NCBI GenBank assembly: GCA_963727445.1
Contig: CAVSGI010000006.1
Coordinates: 544,001 to 608,000, forward strand
Reading direction: 5' to 3'
From: an uncultured delta proteobacterium
Lineage (GTDB): Bacteria > Myxococcota_A > Polyangia > Polyangiales > B10-G4
DNA length: 64,000 nucleotides
Positions 51,656 through 62,396 of this stretch are shown one piece after another. The notes beneath the pieces are model-generated. The model did not search any database. It was not told the origin of the DNA and was given only the letters and a program-made list of their open reading frames with translations. The first letter of the stretch is position 1. Each line of letters opens with the position of its first letter. Position numbers and translations under genes: made by a program.

Positions 51656-52525
51656 TCAGGGACGCAGGATGCGGCCCGGCGCGTCCATGGTCCCCAGCTC
51701 GTTGTGACAGGTGTTGCAGTCGCCGTCCATCTGCGGGGTGTGCATGGCCCGCTCGAGGCCGTCGCCGGTCACCACCTTCGCGGTGTAGGGCATCACCACC
51801 GGTCCATCGAAGGTGTAGAGGAAGAAGTTGCCGGAGTTGTTCACCGGGAGGCGGAACTCCGTCCCTTCGGCGTCGGTGATCAACACGTCCACCGGGCCGT
51901 TGCCGCCGAGCGTCCCCTCGCAGTCGTCGGGCTGGTGGGCGCTGTCGTAGACGGTGCCGCCGATGAGGAGCTGGGGCGCGCGCCGCATGGCGTGACATTC
52001 GATGCACGCGGTGCCCGGGTGCATGAAGGGAGACTCCCGGTCGCCCAGGGTCCAGTACATGTCGCTCGTGCACTGGTCGGGGGTGTCGTAGGGGTTGGGC
52101 ATCGCCGGGTACTCGGTGTCGCAGCCCGCGCCCGTGCCCCCGCTGGTGACCCAGGCTTCGAAGGCCGCGATCTCTGCCTCGGTGGGCTGGGTCATGGGGT
52201 GGGGGGGCATCGGGGCCGCGGTGTTCCGCATGCGGCCGAGGCTCGCCTCCGCCACCGTCTGGGCGGGGGCCGCCGGGTCGGGGGCCATCAGATCGGCGAG
52301 GGTCATCAGGGACATGGGCGCGCTGGCGATGGGGGGATCGCCATGGCAACCGATGCAATAGGTCGCCAAGAGGGAGCTGACCTCGCAGGGCATGTCCGAG
52401 GCCGTGCCCGTGGTGCCGCCTCCGTCGCCGCCTCCGTCGGGCGCACCCGCAGGCCCGTGGTCACGCCCACCGCCGCAGGCCGTCAACATCAAGAAAAGAA
52501 GAGAAAAAACGGAACGCGAAGCCAC
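51656..52525 (-). CDS. Tri-heme c-type cytochrome lipoprotein
   Basis: CIGCH, CIECH, CNTCH; PMPP Met-ligand motif; lipobox LTAC; GGAGG RBS. Confidence 0.85.
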   Translation of the reverse strand: MASRSVFSLLFLMLTACGGGRDHGPAGAPDGGGDGGGTTGTASDMPCEVSSLLATYCIGCHGDPPIASAPMSLMTLADLMAPDPAAPAQTVAEASLGRMRNTAAPMPPHPMTQPTEAEIAAFEAWVTSGGTGAGCDTEYPAMPNPYDTPDQCTSDMYWTLGDRESPFMHPGTACIECHAMRRAPQLLIGGTVYDSAHQPDDCEGTLGGNGPVDVLITDAEGTEFRLPVNNSGNFFLYTFDGPVVMPYTAKVVTGDGLERAMHTPQMDGDCNTCHNELGTMDAPGRILRP

Positions 52526-52637
52526 TGCCAAGACCTCCTCCAAGTCCCCCCGGGCGGGAGTTTGGCCTCCGGGGCGGGCCATGCAACCGGGATGGTCGAT
52601 CGGGCAACCAGATATCCACCTGCTAGGATTCGGCACC

Positions 52638-54594
52638 TTGACCCGAGGCCTCACCCCTCTTCGAAGGGCCCGTGGCCAGGGGGCCAGCGCCCAGCGCGCG
52701 CCGGCCTTCCTGCCCACCACCCGCGCCGACATGGATGCCCGCGGCTGGGACGCCCTCGACATCCTCATCCTCAGTGGGGACGCCTACGTCGATCACCCCG
52801 CCTTCGGCCCGGTCTTGATCGCCCGCTTCCTCGAAGCCCGCGGCTATCGGGTCGGCTTCATCGCCCAGCCCCGATGGGCCGACCCGGAGGACGTGCTGCG
52901 CATGGGGCGTCCGCGGCTCTTCGTCGGAGTGTCCGCCGGCAACCTCGACTCGATGCTGAACAAGCTCACCGCGCAGAAGAAGACGCGCTCCGAGGATCAA
53001 TACTCGCCGGCGGGGCGGACGAACGCGCGACCGAACCGGGCGACCATCGTCTACGCGAATCTCTTGCGCGGCGCGATGCCGGGGGTGCCCATCGTCCTCG
53101 GGGGGATCGAGGCGTCGCTCCGGCGCATCGCGCACTACGACTACTGGAGCGACAAGGTGCGGCGCGCGATCCTCCTCGACGCCAAGGCGGACCTCCTGGT
53201 CTTCGGCATGGGGGAGCGGCCGATCTGGGAAGTGGCGCGCCGGCTCGATGCGGGGGAGGCCATCGGCGACATCCGCGACGTCCGCGGGACGGCCTTCGTC
53301 CTGGGCAAGGGCGAGCACGAGCACCTCGAGGCGAGCCGCTTCGTCAAGGATGGCAAGACGGTCATCCTGCCGAGCTACGAAGAGGTCTCGGCCGACGCGC
53401 GCGCCTTCAGCGAGATGTCGCGCGCCTTCCAATACGAGACGAATCCGGGCAACGGCCGGCCGCTCCTTCAGCGCCACGGCGACCAGGCCGTCTACTTCAA
53501 TCCTCCGGCGCTACCGCTCGACCAGAGCGAAATGGACGAGCTCTACGATCTGCCCTTCGTGCGGCGCCCGCACCCGAGCTACGCCGACCGGATCCCCGCG
53601 TTCGAAACGGTGAAGGACTCGATCGTGACGATGCGCGGATGCTTCGGCGGTTGCAGCTTCTGCTCGATCACCGAGCACGAAGGGCGCGTGATTCAGTCGC
53701 GTTCGGCCGAGAGCGTGCTCAGAGAGGTGCGCGCGCTCCGGCGGATGGATGGGTTTTCGCGGCGTGATCAGTGACGTCGGTGGACCGACCGCGAACATGT
53801 ACGAGATGAAGTGCAAGAGCGAGGAGATCGAGCGCTCTTGCCGGCGCCTGTCGTGCGTTCATCCGGGCGTCTGCGACAATCTGGTCACCGATCACGCGCC
53901 GCTGGTCTCGCTCCTTCGCAAGGTGCGCGCAGAGGACGGGGTCAAGAAGGTCTTCGTCGCCAGCGGCGTGCGCTACGACCTCGCCGAGCGCTCGCCCGAG
54001 TTCGTCAAGGAGCTCGCCGAGCATCACACGGGCGGGCAGCTCTCGGTGGCCCCCGAGCACGTGGACGAGGGCGTGCTCGCCAAGATGAAGAAGCCGGGGG
54101 CCGAGAGCTACGAGCGCTTCGCCCACATGTTCGCCTGCGCGAGCGAAGAGGCCGGCAAGGATCAGCACCTGGTCCCCTACTACATCAGCGGTCACCCGGG
54201 CTCGACACTCGACTCGATGATCGCGCTTTCTCTCTACCTCAAGAAGCGCGGCATCCGGCCGCGTCAGGTTCAGGACTTCATCCCGACGCCGATGTCGATG
54301 GCCACGAGCATGTACGTGACCGGGATCGATCCCTTCACCCGCGAGCCGGTCTACACGGCCAAGACCATGAAGGACAAGCGCATGCAGAAGGCGCTTCTCC
54401 TGTACTGGGATCCCGCGCATCACGATCTCGCGCGCGAGGCCCTCGCGCTGGCGGGTCGCCGGGATCTGATCGGGAGCGGTCCGTCCCACTTGATCCCGCC
54501 CGCCCGGGGCAAGGGCTCGCTGTCGATTCACCAGCGGCGGGGCGGGCGCGCGGGGAGCGGGCGTTCACGCGGCCGGCGCAAGAAGAAGCGCTGA
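52638..54594 (+). CDS. ygiQ: YgiQ-family (UPF0313) radical SAM protein; +1 frameshift in TTTT at 53754-53757
   Basis: [31 protein letters not shown], then after the shift [37 protein letters not shown]. Confidence 0.92.
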
Positions 54595-54640
54595 GAGGAG
54601 CGAGCGGGCGGCGGCGCCGGGGCGGTGGTATCATGGTGCG

Positions 54641-55612
54641 ATGGTGCGCCTCCCTCGTTCCTGTTTCCTGATCGTCCTTTTGGCCCTCGTCTCGGCATGC
54701 AGCGACGACTCCACGGTGACCGCGGACAGCGGCACCGCGGACAGCGCAACCTCGGATACCAGCGTCACGCCGGATGGCGCGCCGAGCGACACCGGCACGC
54801 CGCCGGGCGATGGCGGAGGGGGCGTCACGACGGTCTCCGCCGACATCGGTCCGCTGATGCTCGACCCGGGCGGTGAAGCCACGAAGTGCATCATCCGCGA
54901 GCTCCCGCTCGATGCGGACGTCTTCGCGACCCAGGTGCGTACGCAGATCTCCCCCGGGAGCCACCACGTCATCGTCTATCGACTCGAGGGCGGGACCCCC
55001 AGCGACACGCCCTTCGAGTGCACGCCCTTCACGGATCTCATCTCGCGCAACGGTGTGCCCATCGTGCTCGCGCAGGAGGCGGAGCGCACCGTGCAGTATC
55101 CGGACGCGACGGGGCTTCGGCTCTCGGCAGGGCAGCTCATTCGCATCGAGCTCCACCACATCAACACCACCGCCGATCCGATCGCCGTGACCGCTCACGT
55201 GGAGTTCGACGTCCTGCCCGGCGCCTCGGACGTTCAGGAGATCGGCTACATCTTCTCGGGCACGACCGCGATCAACATCCCGCCGCGCTCCACCGGCAGC
55301 GCCCGCCGGAGCTACACGCCGCCGACCGGGCTCAACCTCTTCGGCGTCACCACGCACACGCATCAGTGGGGCACGCTCGCGACGGTGACGCTCTCGGGCG
55401 AGGAGATCCATCGCTCGACCACCTGGTCCGAGCCGCCCATGGACACCTTCGACCCTCCGCGCGTCCTCGGCGCGACCGACACCTTCGAGACTGTCTGCAA
55501 CTACGACAATCTTTCGGACTCGACGGTCACCTTCGGCGAGAGCGCCAACGACGAGATGTGCTTCATGATCGGGCTCTACTACCCGTCGCGCGGCTTCATC
55601 CTCGACATCTAA
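54641..55612 (+). CDS. Copper type II ascorbate-dependent monooxygenase-like (PHM/DBH) lipoprotein
   Basis: Cu-ligand motifs GSHH, ELHH, HTH, DEMC; lipobox VSAC. Confidence 0.82.
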   Translation: MVRLPRSCFLIVLLALVSACSDDSTVTADSGTADSATSDTSVTPDGAPSDTGTPPGDGGGGVTTVSADIGPLMLDPGGEATKCIIRELPLDADVFATQVRTQISPGSHHVIVYRLEGGTPSDTPFECTPFTDLISRNGVPIVLAQEAERTVQYPDATGLRLSAGQLIRIELHHINTTADPIAVTAHVEFDVLPGASDVQEIGYIFSGTTAINIPPRSTGSARRSYTPPTGLNLFGVTTHTHQWGTLATVTLSGEEIHRSTTWSEPPMDTFDPPRVLGATDTFETVCNYDNLSDSTVTFGESANDEMCFMIGLYYPSRGFILDI

Positions 55613-55619
55613 GCACTAG

Positions 55620-56774
55620 CTACGGGCACACCGGCGTGACCGGCTCTTCTGGGCTGAGCCACTGCACCGTGTTCAGCCAGAACTGGGGGATGGGCGGCAT
55701 CGTGGACCACTCCGAGTCGAACTCGATCCATTCGTCGCCGAAGAGAAGGACGCGCCCGTCCCCGAGCGGGCCGGCTACGCCCACGGTCTCGGTGCCGATC
55801 ACCGCCATCGGAACGATGGTCGTCTCGAGGGAGGTGGGGACCACCGTCCGGAGGCCGCCGAGGAAGGTCACCGGGGGAAGGGTGCCGCTTCCGTCGGCGG
55901 TCATCGTGGTGGGATGGGGCAACAGGGTCGCTGGCCCGTCGAGCGGTCCGGCCGCGAGGTCGTAGGTGGGGCCGAGGGTCGTGAGCAGCGAGAGGTGACG
56001 ATCGGCCGTGGCGCCGGAGTCGTGACCAGTCATCACCATCAGCGCGCCTCCCGCCATCACCCAATCCGACAGCACCGTCGCCTCCTCGGTCGTGTAGGTC
56101 CGCTGCAGCCAATCCACGATCACCAGATCGAAGGTCTCGAGGAGCGCGCGCACGAGCGTGGGCGCGGTGGCGGTGGCGTGGAAGCGCGTGACGATCGCGC
56201 CCTGCATCTCGAGCCACGCTTGGAAGTTCGCCGAGGGGTTCGCCCCGGGGGCGCCCATGATGCCGATCCGCCGGCAGCCGTAGAGCGAGCTCCCGCCATC
56301 GGCGCTGCCGCTGGTGGTGCAGGGGCCCCACATGCCGAACTCGGCCATCCCCTCGCAGCTCATCTCGCCGTAGGCGCAGAAGGAGCCGGTTGGCATGGTG
56401 CGTCCGGGCAGGCAGCGGGCCGTGGTGCCGATCGCGCAAGCGCAGCCCTCGTCCACCGAGTCGTCGCAGTCGTCGTCGAAGCCGTTGTAGCAAGTCTCGT
56501 CGGCCTCGCAGCTGAGTGAGACGCAGCCGTCGGCCGACGCATCCGAGACGGTCGAATCGGGGGCGGTGCGGCTGGTGTCCGGAAGCGTCGCGTCGATGCC
56601 CCCACTGTCGGGGACCGCCGTGCAGCGCCCATCCACACAGGCCTCCGTGGTCGCACATTCGACGCTCGACGCGCACTCGGGCTCGGCGGGCGAGGACGAG
56701 CAGCTACACCCTGCGACCTGGACCGAGACGAAGTAGAGCGCGACGAGGGACCAGGGCCGCGAGGTGCGCATCAT
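55620..56774 (-). CDS. Cys-rich lipoprotein with MopE-like metal-binding motif and class I glutamine-amidotransferase-like domain
   Basis: VAGC signal; ETCYNGFDDDCDDSVDEGC; FDLVI...LSDWVMAGGALMV...GRVLLFGD. Confidence 0.7.
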   Translation of the reverse strand: MMRTSRPWSLVALYFVSVQVAGCSCSSSPAEPECASSVECATTEACVDGRCTAVPDSGGIDATLPDTSRTAPDSTVSDASADGCVSLSCEADETCYNGFDDDCDDSVDEGCACAIGTTARCLPGRTMPTGSFCAYGEMSCEGMAEFGMWGPCTTSGSADGGSSLYGCRRIGIMGAPGANPSANFQAWLEMQGAIVTRFHATATAPTLVRALLETFDLVIVDWLQRTYTTEEATVLSDWVMAGGALMVMTGHDSGATADRHLSLLTTLGPTYDLAAGPLDGPATLLPHPTTMTADGSGTLPPVTFLGGLRTVVPTSLETTIVPMAVIGTETVGVAGPLGDGRVLLFGDEWIEFDSEWSTMPPIPQFWLNTVQWLSPEEPVTPVCP

Positions 56775-56806
56775 CCACCCATTTCTATCACATGGGATGG
56801 ACGGGC

Positions 56807-58990
56807 TCAGGCGAGGGCGTCCTCCTCGCCCGAGTCGTGCACCAGGAGGCAGGTCGCGTCGCCTCGTTCGAGCATCTCGCGCGCGAATGCGATCTCGCCC
56901 ACCGGCGGGAGGCCGAGGATGTGGAGATCGCAGGGAGGAGCCGCGCCGATGGCGTCGTGAAGGGAGCCGGTCTCCACCGCGATCTCGGAGTCGGACGGGA
57001 TCCGGGTGAGCTCGACGATCTGAGTGAGGTAGGCGCGGGCCGGCTGGATCTCCTCCTCGCTGGCGACCGAGCAGCGGAGCGTGAGCCGCCCGTCCCACTT
57101 CTGCGACATCAGATAGGCCACCAGGATCTGGAGGTTCAAGTTGCTCAGGCGCGCGCCTTCTTCGAGAGACCACTCGGGCCCCTGCGGGCGGACCCAGACC
57201 GTGATGTCTCGACGCTGTCCGAGGCCGAGCTCGGGCGAGAGGAGCGCGAGGACGACGCCCATTCGGTTGTCCGTCGCGGCCCGGACGATGCGCTCGATTT
57301 CGGGCTCGAGAGCGGGATCGGTGCCGGGGGTGAGGAAGAGGATGTTCGGCCGCAGGAAAGCGTCGCGCAGCGTCTGCATCGCGTGCGTCACTCCCCGGTG
57401 CACCTGCTCGACCGTGATCTCGGCCGCGGTGGTGTGCACGCCCGCATCGAGGAACTCGTTGGCGAGGGCGTCGATGCGCTCTTGAAAGTCCGGTGGGGCG
57501 CCCGGTCGCGACACGCCCAGGAGCGTGATGGAACCGAAGCGTTCGGTGAGATCGACGATCAGCGGGATGTGACGGCGCACCTCGTCCACGTCGAGCACCG
57601 GCACCAGGAGGTTGACCTTCCACGCCCGTGAGCGGCGCTTCGAAAACCTCCCCGCGCGCCGCGCAGCCCACTCGGCGATCATCAGGAAGAGCCCGCTTCG
57701 GACGTCGTCAGCCGGCGCTTCGAGATGGCGGCGCATCAGGACGGAGTAGACGGCGCCGACGACGGCGACCGCTACCAGGCTGAAGGTCGCGTTCACCACG
57801 AACATCGCACCGATGGCGCCGATCGCGCCGATGAACGGGACGGCGGAGGGGAGGCGCAGCCGCGGGCGAAAGCTGACCACGGCGAGGCGCTGCTCGAGGA
57901 GAACCACCGCGTTGATCATCCCGTAGGTGATCAGAAAGAAGAGGGTGATGAGCGGGGCGATCACGTTGAGGTCGCGAAGCAGGAGCCCCAGCAACACGAC
58001 CACGCCCGTAGCGACCGTCGCGCGCCGCGGCTCGAGCTCGGAGCCGCGGACGAGCCACTTGCCCGCGGGGACGACGCCCCCCTTGGCCAGGGCGTGCAGG
58101 ATGCGGGGCGCGCCGACGAAGGAGCTGAGCGCGGAGGAGAAGGTCGCGGCGAGAAGCCCTGCGAGCACCAGCGGGGAGAACGCCGCGCGATCGATCATCA
58201 CCGTGTAGTTGTTGCGGAGCTCGTCCCCAGTCGCGACGTTACCGAGCCAGAAGGCGAGGGCGATGTAGACCGCGGTGGCGATGGCGGTCGCCGTCAAGGT
58301 GCCGAGGGGGATGCTCCGCCGGGGCCTGACGAGCTCTCCCGACATGTTCGCGCCCGCGAGGATCCCGGTAGTGGCGGGGAAGAACACCGCGAAGACGAAC
58401 CAGAAGCGTGACTGCTCCCAGAAGTTGCCGGGTGACCCCCGCCACCACTCGATGGCGTGAGGCTCGATCGGATAGAAGAGCCCGGCCCCGACGCTCACCA
58501 GCGCCGCGGCGATGATGGCCAGGACCACGTACTGCACGCGAAAGGCGAGGCTGGTGCTGAGCAGCGTGAGGCCGGCGACGAGGACGAAGGCGAGGCCGTC
58601 CACCAGCCACGCGGGGTGGTTCGGAAAGATCCAGCACCAACCTTCGCGAAGCCCAAAGATGTACATGGCGACCGCGAGGCCCTGGCTGAGATAGAGGGGG
58701 ACCCCGATGCTGCCGCCCACCTCGATGCCCAGGGAGCGGGTCACGATCGCGTAGGGGCCGCCTGCCCCGAGCTGGACGTTCGTCGCGATCGAGGAGACGG
58801 AGAGGGCGGTGCAGGAGGTGATCACCGACGCGGCGACGATCACGCCGATGGCGCCGAGCACCCCCAGCTCGCCGACCACCCACCCCTCGCGGAGAAACAT
58901 GATCACGCCGAGGATCGTCAGCAGCGTGGGGGTGAAGACGCCCTCCAAGGTGCCGAACCGTCGTACCGCTCCGGAGTCTCGTCGACCCAT
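56807..58990 (-). CDS. Cation-chloride cotransporter (SLC12) family permease
   Basis: FGTLEGVFTP..LTILGVIMFLR, GGPY...RSLG.E.GG.IG, FFPATTGILAGANMSG. Confidence 0.88.
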   Translation of the reverse strand: MGRRDSGAVRRFGTLEGVFTPTLLTILGVIMFLREGWVVGELGVLGAIGVIVAASVITSCTALSVSSIATNVQLGAGGPYAIVTRSLGIEVGGSIGVPLYLSQGLAVAMYIFGLREGWCWIFPNHPAWLVDGLAFVLVAGLTLLSTSLAFRVQYVVLAIIAAALVSVGAGLFYPIEPHAIEWWRGSPGNFWEQSRFWFVFAVFFPATTGILAGANMSGELVRPRRSIPLGTLTATAIATAVYIALAFWLGNVATGDELRNNYTVMIDRAAFSPLVLAGLLAATFSSALSSFVGAPRILHALAKGGVVPAGKWLVRGSELEPRRATVATGVVVLLGLLLRDLNVIAPLITLFFLITYGMINAVVLLEQRLAVVSFRPRLRLPSAVPFIGAIGAIGAMFVVNATFSLVAVAVVGAVYSVLMRRHLEAPADDVRSGLFLMIAEWAARRAGRFSKRRSRAWKVNLLVPVLDVDEVRRHIPLIVDLTERFGSITLLGVSRPGAPPDFQERIDALANEFLDAGVHTTAAEITVEQVHRGVTHAMQTLRDAFLRPNILFLTPGTDPALEPEIERIVRAATDNRMGVVLALLSPELGLGQRRDITVWVRPQGPEWSLEEGARLSNLNLQILVAYLMSQKWDGRLTLRCSVASEEEIQPARAYLTQIVELTRIPSDSEIAVETGSLHDAIGAAPPCDLHILGLPPVGEIAFAREMLERGDATCLLVHDSGEEDALA

Positions 58991-59112
58991 CTCCCCGCCC
59001 TTCCTTCGCCTGCGGCGGATGCGGCCCCAAAGGGATCATCTAAGCGCCGACGGCAGCCGTTCAAGTCCTATCGGACGGTTGCGGCCGGCGATCTTCTGGC
59101 CCTGGGCTCGTT

Positions 59113-61209
59113 TCAGTTGGCAGCGCCGGGGCTCGGCGTGGCCTGCACGTAGGCTTCGGTGCCGAAGGGGTTGCCGAGACCGTCGTACTGGCGCTGGTTC
59201 GACTCGACCGAGCCGCTGCTGCCCTCGTTGATCTGCGGGTGGCCCGGCGTGAGCGCGCTGAGCAGCTCGGGGTCGTCGGCGTCCGCGGTGTCGTAGACGA
59301 GCGCGTCCAACAGGGTGGTCCCCGAGGGCGTGCCGACCGGCGTGCCGTTCGGGAAGTCCGCCGCGTTGCCGGTGTAGAGCGCCACGGCGTCCGCACCGTT
59401 CTGCAGGCTGTCCGCCGCCGACACGCGGCAGTTGACGCCCAGGGTGCAGCCCGACGCGGTGATCGCGTCGGGGTTGCCGATGAGGAAGAAGCCGCTGCTG
59501 TTCGTGACGTAACCATCGAGGTCGAAGGCCATGTACGACTGGTCGTTGGAGCCGTTGAAGAGGACCACGACCAGCCCGTCGAGGGAGGTCCCCCCGGCGC
59601 CGCCGTCGTAGAGCTCGATGAACTCGGCCATGTCCGTGCCTGGCTGATCGGCGTCCACCTCGTTGATCACGATGTCGCTTCCGACCGCGTCCCAGCACAT
59701 CGACATGGCGCAGCCGAAGCAGCTGGGTGCGGTGCCGGGGCAGTCGCTGCAGCTCGAGAGATCCGGCGCGAAGACGTCGGCCGGGCAGTCGACGGAGGAC
59801 CCGTCGCAGGTCTCCGCGGCGTCGCAGTCGATGGTGGCCGCGCGGCAGACGGTGCCCGAGGGCGAGAGCATGTCCGCGGGACAGGCCGCTGCGGCGCCGG
59901 TGCACATCTCCGCCGGGTCGCACAGGCCGGTGGAGGCGCGGCACTCGGTGGAGCTCGCGAGGAAGGAGTCGGCGGGACACGTCCCCCCGGATCCGGTGCA
60001 GGTCTCGGCTACGTCGCAGACGCCCGCCGATGGGCGACACTCGGTCCCGCCGGTCACGAAGGAGTCCGAGGGACAGGCGCTCGAGGAGCCATCACACGTC
60101 TCGGCGACGTCGCAGCCGCCCACCACGGCCCGACACTCGGTGCCCGAGGGCAGGACGTCGTCGCTGGGGCACGCCGCGCTCGCCCCGGTGCAGGTCTCTT
60201 CGGCGTCGCAGAGGTCCGCGGCCGCGCGGCAGACGGTGGTCGAAGGCTCGAGGGCGTCCGCGGGGCACATCGCGCTCGCCCCGGTGCACGTCTCCTCGGC
60301 ATCGCAGAGGTCGGTCGACGCGCGGCAGACAAGGGTCGAAGGGGCGAAGGCGTCGGCGGGGCACATGCCGCTCGTTCCGGTGCAGCTCTCCGGGACATCG
60401 CAGCCGCCGGCGGCCGCGGGACGACAGACCGTGGAGGACGGCGCGAAGGCGTCGGTCGGGCAGTCGGTGGTCGTCCCGTTGCAGAGCTCGTCGACGTCGC
60501 AAGCGCCGGAGGCGGCGCGGCAGACGGTGGAGGACGACGCGAGGCTGTCGCTGGGACAGGCGCTCGACGCCCCGTCGCATGTCTCCGCCACGTCGCAGGG
60601 GCCCGCGGCGGACCGACACTCGGTGCCCGCGGGCGAGAGCGCGTCCGCGGGACAGTCGGCAGAGGCGCCGGTGCACATCTCCGCGGCGTCGCAGGCACCT
60701 GCGGAGGCGCGGCATTCTGTCGAGCTCGGCATGAAGGAGTCGTCTGGACACGCCGCGCTCGTCCCATCGCAGCTCTCCGCGACGTCACACGCGCCCGCGG
60801 CCGAGCGACACTCGGTGTCCGCGGGGCTCACCTCGTCGTCGGGGCACGCCGTCGTGGCTCCGTCACAGGTCTCGGGGACGTCGCATGTTCCCGCCGCCGC
60901 GCGGCAGACCGTGTCGGCTGCGGCCGGGCCATCACAGGTCGCGCTGCAGCATCCGTCGATGCCCGGGTCGCACGTCTCACCGGGATCGAGCGTGCCGTTG
61001 CCGCAGGGCGTGGCGCTGTCGGGGGTCGCGTCGGCGCTTCCATCCGTCGCGGCGTCGGGGACGTCGGAGTCGGTGCTGCTGTCCGTCCCCCCTTCGCCAA
61101 TGCCGGTGTCGGTGGGGGTTCCGGTGTCCCTCACGCGGCTGTCGTCGCCGCAGCCGGCGAACAGGAGAGAGGAGAGAAGAATTCCGACGAGCGTGCGGGC
61201 CATGACCAT
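59113..61209 (-). CDS. Lipoprotein with 12 disintegrin-like repeats and C-terminal lamin-tail domain
   Basis: Lipobox FAGC; CGNG..DPGETCD; repeats CR.....CD..E.C.G....CP.D; IVINEVD...EFIELY...TPSPGAAN. Confidence 0.85.
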   Translation of the reverse strand: MVMARTLVGILLSSLLFAGCGDDSRVRDTGTPTDTGIGEGGTDSSTDSDVPDAATDGSADATPDSATPCGNGTLDPGETCDPGIDGCCSATCDGPAAADTVCRAAAGTCDVPETCDGATTACPDDEVSPADTECRSAAGACDVAESCDGTSAACPDDSFMPSSTECRASAGACDAAEMCTGASADCPADALSPAGTECRSAAGPCDVAETCDGASSACPSDSLASSSTVCRAASGACDVDELCNGTTTDCPTDAFAPSSTVCRPAAAGGCDVPESCTGTSGMCPADAFAPSTLVCRASTDLCDAEETCTGASAMCPADALEPSTTVCRAAADLCDAEETCTGASAACPSDDVLPSGTECRAVVGGCDVAETCDGSSSACPSDSFVTGGTECRPSAGVCDVAETCTGSGGTCPADSFLASSTECRASTGLCDPAEMCTGAAAACPADMLSPSGTVCRAATIDCDAAETCDGSSVDCPADVFAPDLSSCSDCPGTAPSCFGCAMSMCWDAVGSDIVINEVDADQPGTDMAEFIELYDGGAGGTSLDGLVVVLFNGSNDQSYMAFDLDGYVTNSSGFFLIGNPDAITASGCTLGVNCRVSAADSLQNGADAVALYTGNAADFPNGTPVGTPSGTTLLDALVYDTADADDPELLSALTPGHPQINEGSSGSVESNQRQYDGLGNPFGTEAYVQATPSPGAAN
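59776..60930 (-). repeat. 12 tandem ~96-bp (32-aa) Cys repeats
   Basis: Counted in the translation; four Cys per unit, diverged at DNA level. Confidence 0.9.
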
Positions 61210-61279
61210 TCCCTTCGGGCGCGATGGTCTGCGGGTCCGAACGGAACTTCAAGCCCCGGCAGATACACGCCGGGAAGGC

Positions 61280-62329
61280 TCAGTTCGCGCCGGTTTCGAC
61301 GACCGCGTTGGTCGGCTCCGGCGCGGCTTTGCGGGCCATGGTGCTCAGCCGGTAGGCGTGGTTGCGCGCCCGCATCATGTTTCCGAGGGGGCGGTGCTCG
61401 ACCAGCGCGTGCCAGGGGTCGAAAGACAGCGTGTCGACCAGGGCGGCGAGGCGCTTGCCTTCGTCGCTCCGCAGATCCTGCTTCGGCACTTCGAGTCGCG
61501 CCACGCGCACCCAGGGGGCGACGTCCTCGCTCCAGTCCACGGACGCGTCCTCGATCGGCGTTTGCGCCTCGTCCACGAAGAACTGGAGGGCGAGGTCCCA
61601 CGCGAGGGGACCCGCGGCCAGGTGATCCGCGAGGTCTTCGAGGAGCGCCCACTTCGGGTCGCGACTCCGACCGGAGCGGGGCTCGGCGCCGCTGGTGGCG
61701 GGCAGGAGCGCCGCCCGCACGGCGTAGGGCCCAGCGCGGAAGGGCAGGGCGCTGAACATCGCCCGTCCCGCGAAGCTGTCGAAAGGCTCTTTCAAGCCGG
61801 CGAGGAGCTTGCGGACGAGCCCGACGGCCCGGCCCCAGCCGACCTGCGACGCGAAGCGCGGCAGCAGGAGGAGCTGGCCCTTGGATGCCGCGACGACGAA
61901 GGCGACGAACTCGTAGGCGTCGCGAAAGGGCGTCGCGCGTGAGTCGATGAAGAGAAAGTCCTGCGTGAGCGCGTCCTCGAGCCCTTCGATGATCTTCGTG
62001 CCCTCGACGCCGAGCACCTTGATGGCGATCCCGCGTACGTCACCGGTGGTGTCGCGCTGAAATCGTGGAGAGCCGTTCGAGAATCGGAGGTAGCAGTGAT
62101 GGGTGTGCGGCTGCGCAAAGAGGCCGTGCCGACAATGCTCCGGAAGGTCGTCGAAGACGCGGAGCGTCCCCATTACGCCGGCGTGCTGCTTGTAGTGCAG
62201 AGCGCGACCGATGGGCCGCTGTTTCGCGTTCGAGAGTTGGATGTCGCGCAGGGCTTCGGCGAGGGCGACGAGCTTCGCCTCCTCATCGTCTGGGACGACT
62301 TCCTTCCAGTCGGTGGTGGGGCTCGCCAT
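61280..62329 (-). CDS. Small heme catalase-like protein
   Basis: RALHYK, RFSNG, DVRGIAIK, QDFL, FDPWH, HRPLG...RARNHAY. Confidence 0.85.
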   Translation of the reverse strand: MASPTTDWKEVVPDDEEAKLVALAEALRDIQLSNAKQRPIGRALHYKQHAGVMGTLRVFDDLPEHCRHGLFAQPHTHHCYLRFSNGSPRFQRDTTGDVRGIAIKVLGVEGTKIIEGLEDALTQDFLFIDSRATPFRDAYEFVAFVVAASKGQLLLLPRFASQVGWGRAVGLVRKLLAGLKEPFDSFAGRAMFSALPFRAGPYAVRAALLPATSGAEPRSGRSRDPKWALLEDLADHLAAGPLAWDLALQFFVDEAQTPIEDASVDWSEDVAPWVRVARLEVPKQDLRSDEGKRLAALVDTLSFDPWHALVEHRPLGNMMRARNHAYRLSTMARKAAPEPTNAVVETGAN

Positions 62330-62396
62330 CAGGAGCGCGAGGGTATCAGCTGTTGCCGCCGTTGACCCCGTCCACCGAGGCGCGCACGATCCATCG

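Noticed and set aside
53749..53774. Programmed frameshift in ygiQ
   Set aside because: YgiQ is normally one ORF; an extra T in a T-run fits sequencing error like the four other +1 T events
52638..54594. This radical SAM enzyme as the maturase of the YGAP protein
   Set aside because: It is a YgiQ-family protein without a SPASM domain and lies 17 kb away
59776..60930. Regularly spaced repeats as a possible CRISPR array
   Set aside because: In-frame coding repeats diverged at DNA level, with no constant repeat plus unique spacer and no cas genes
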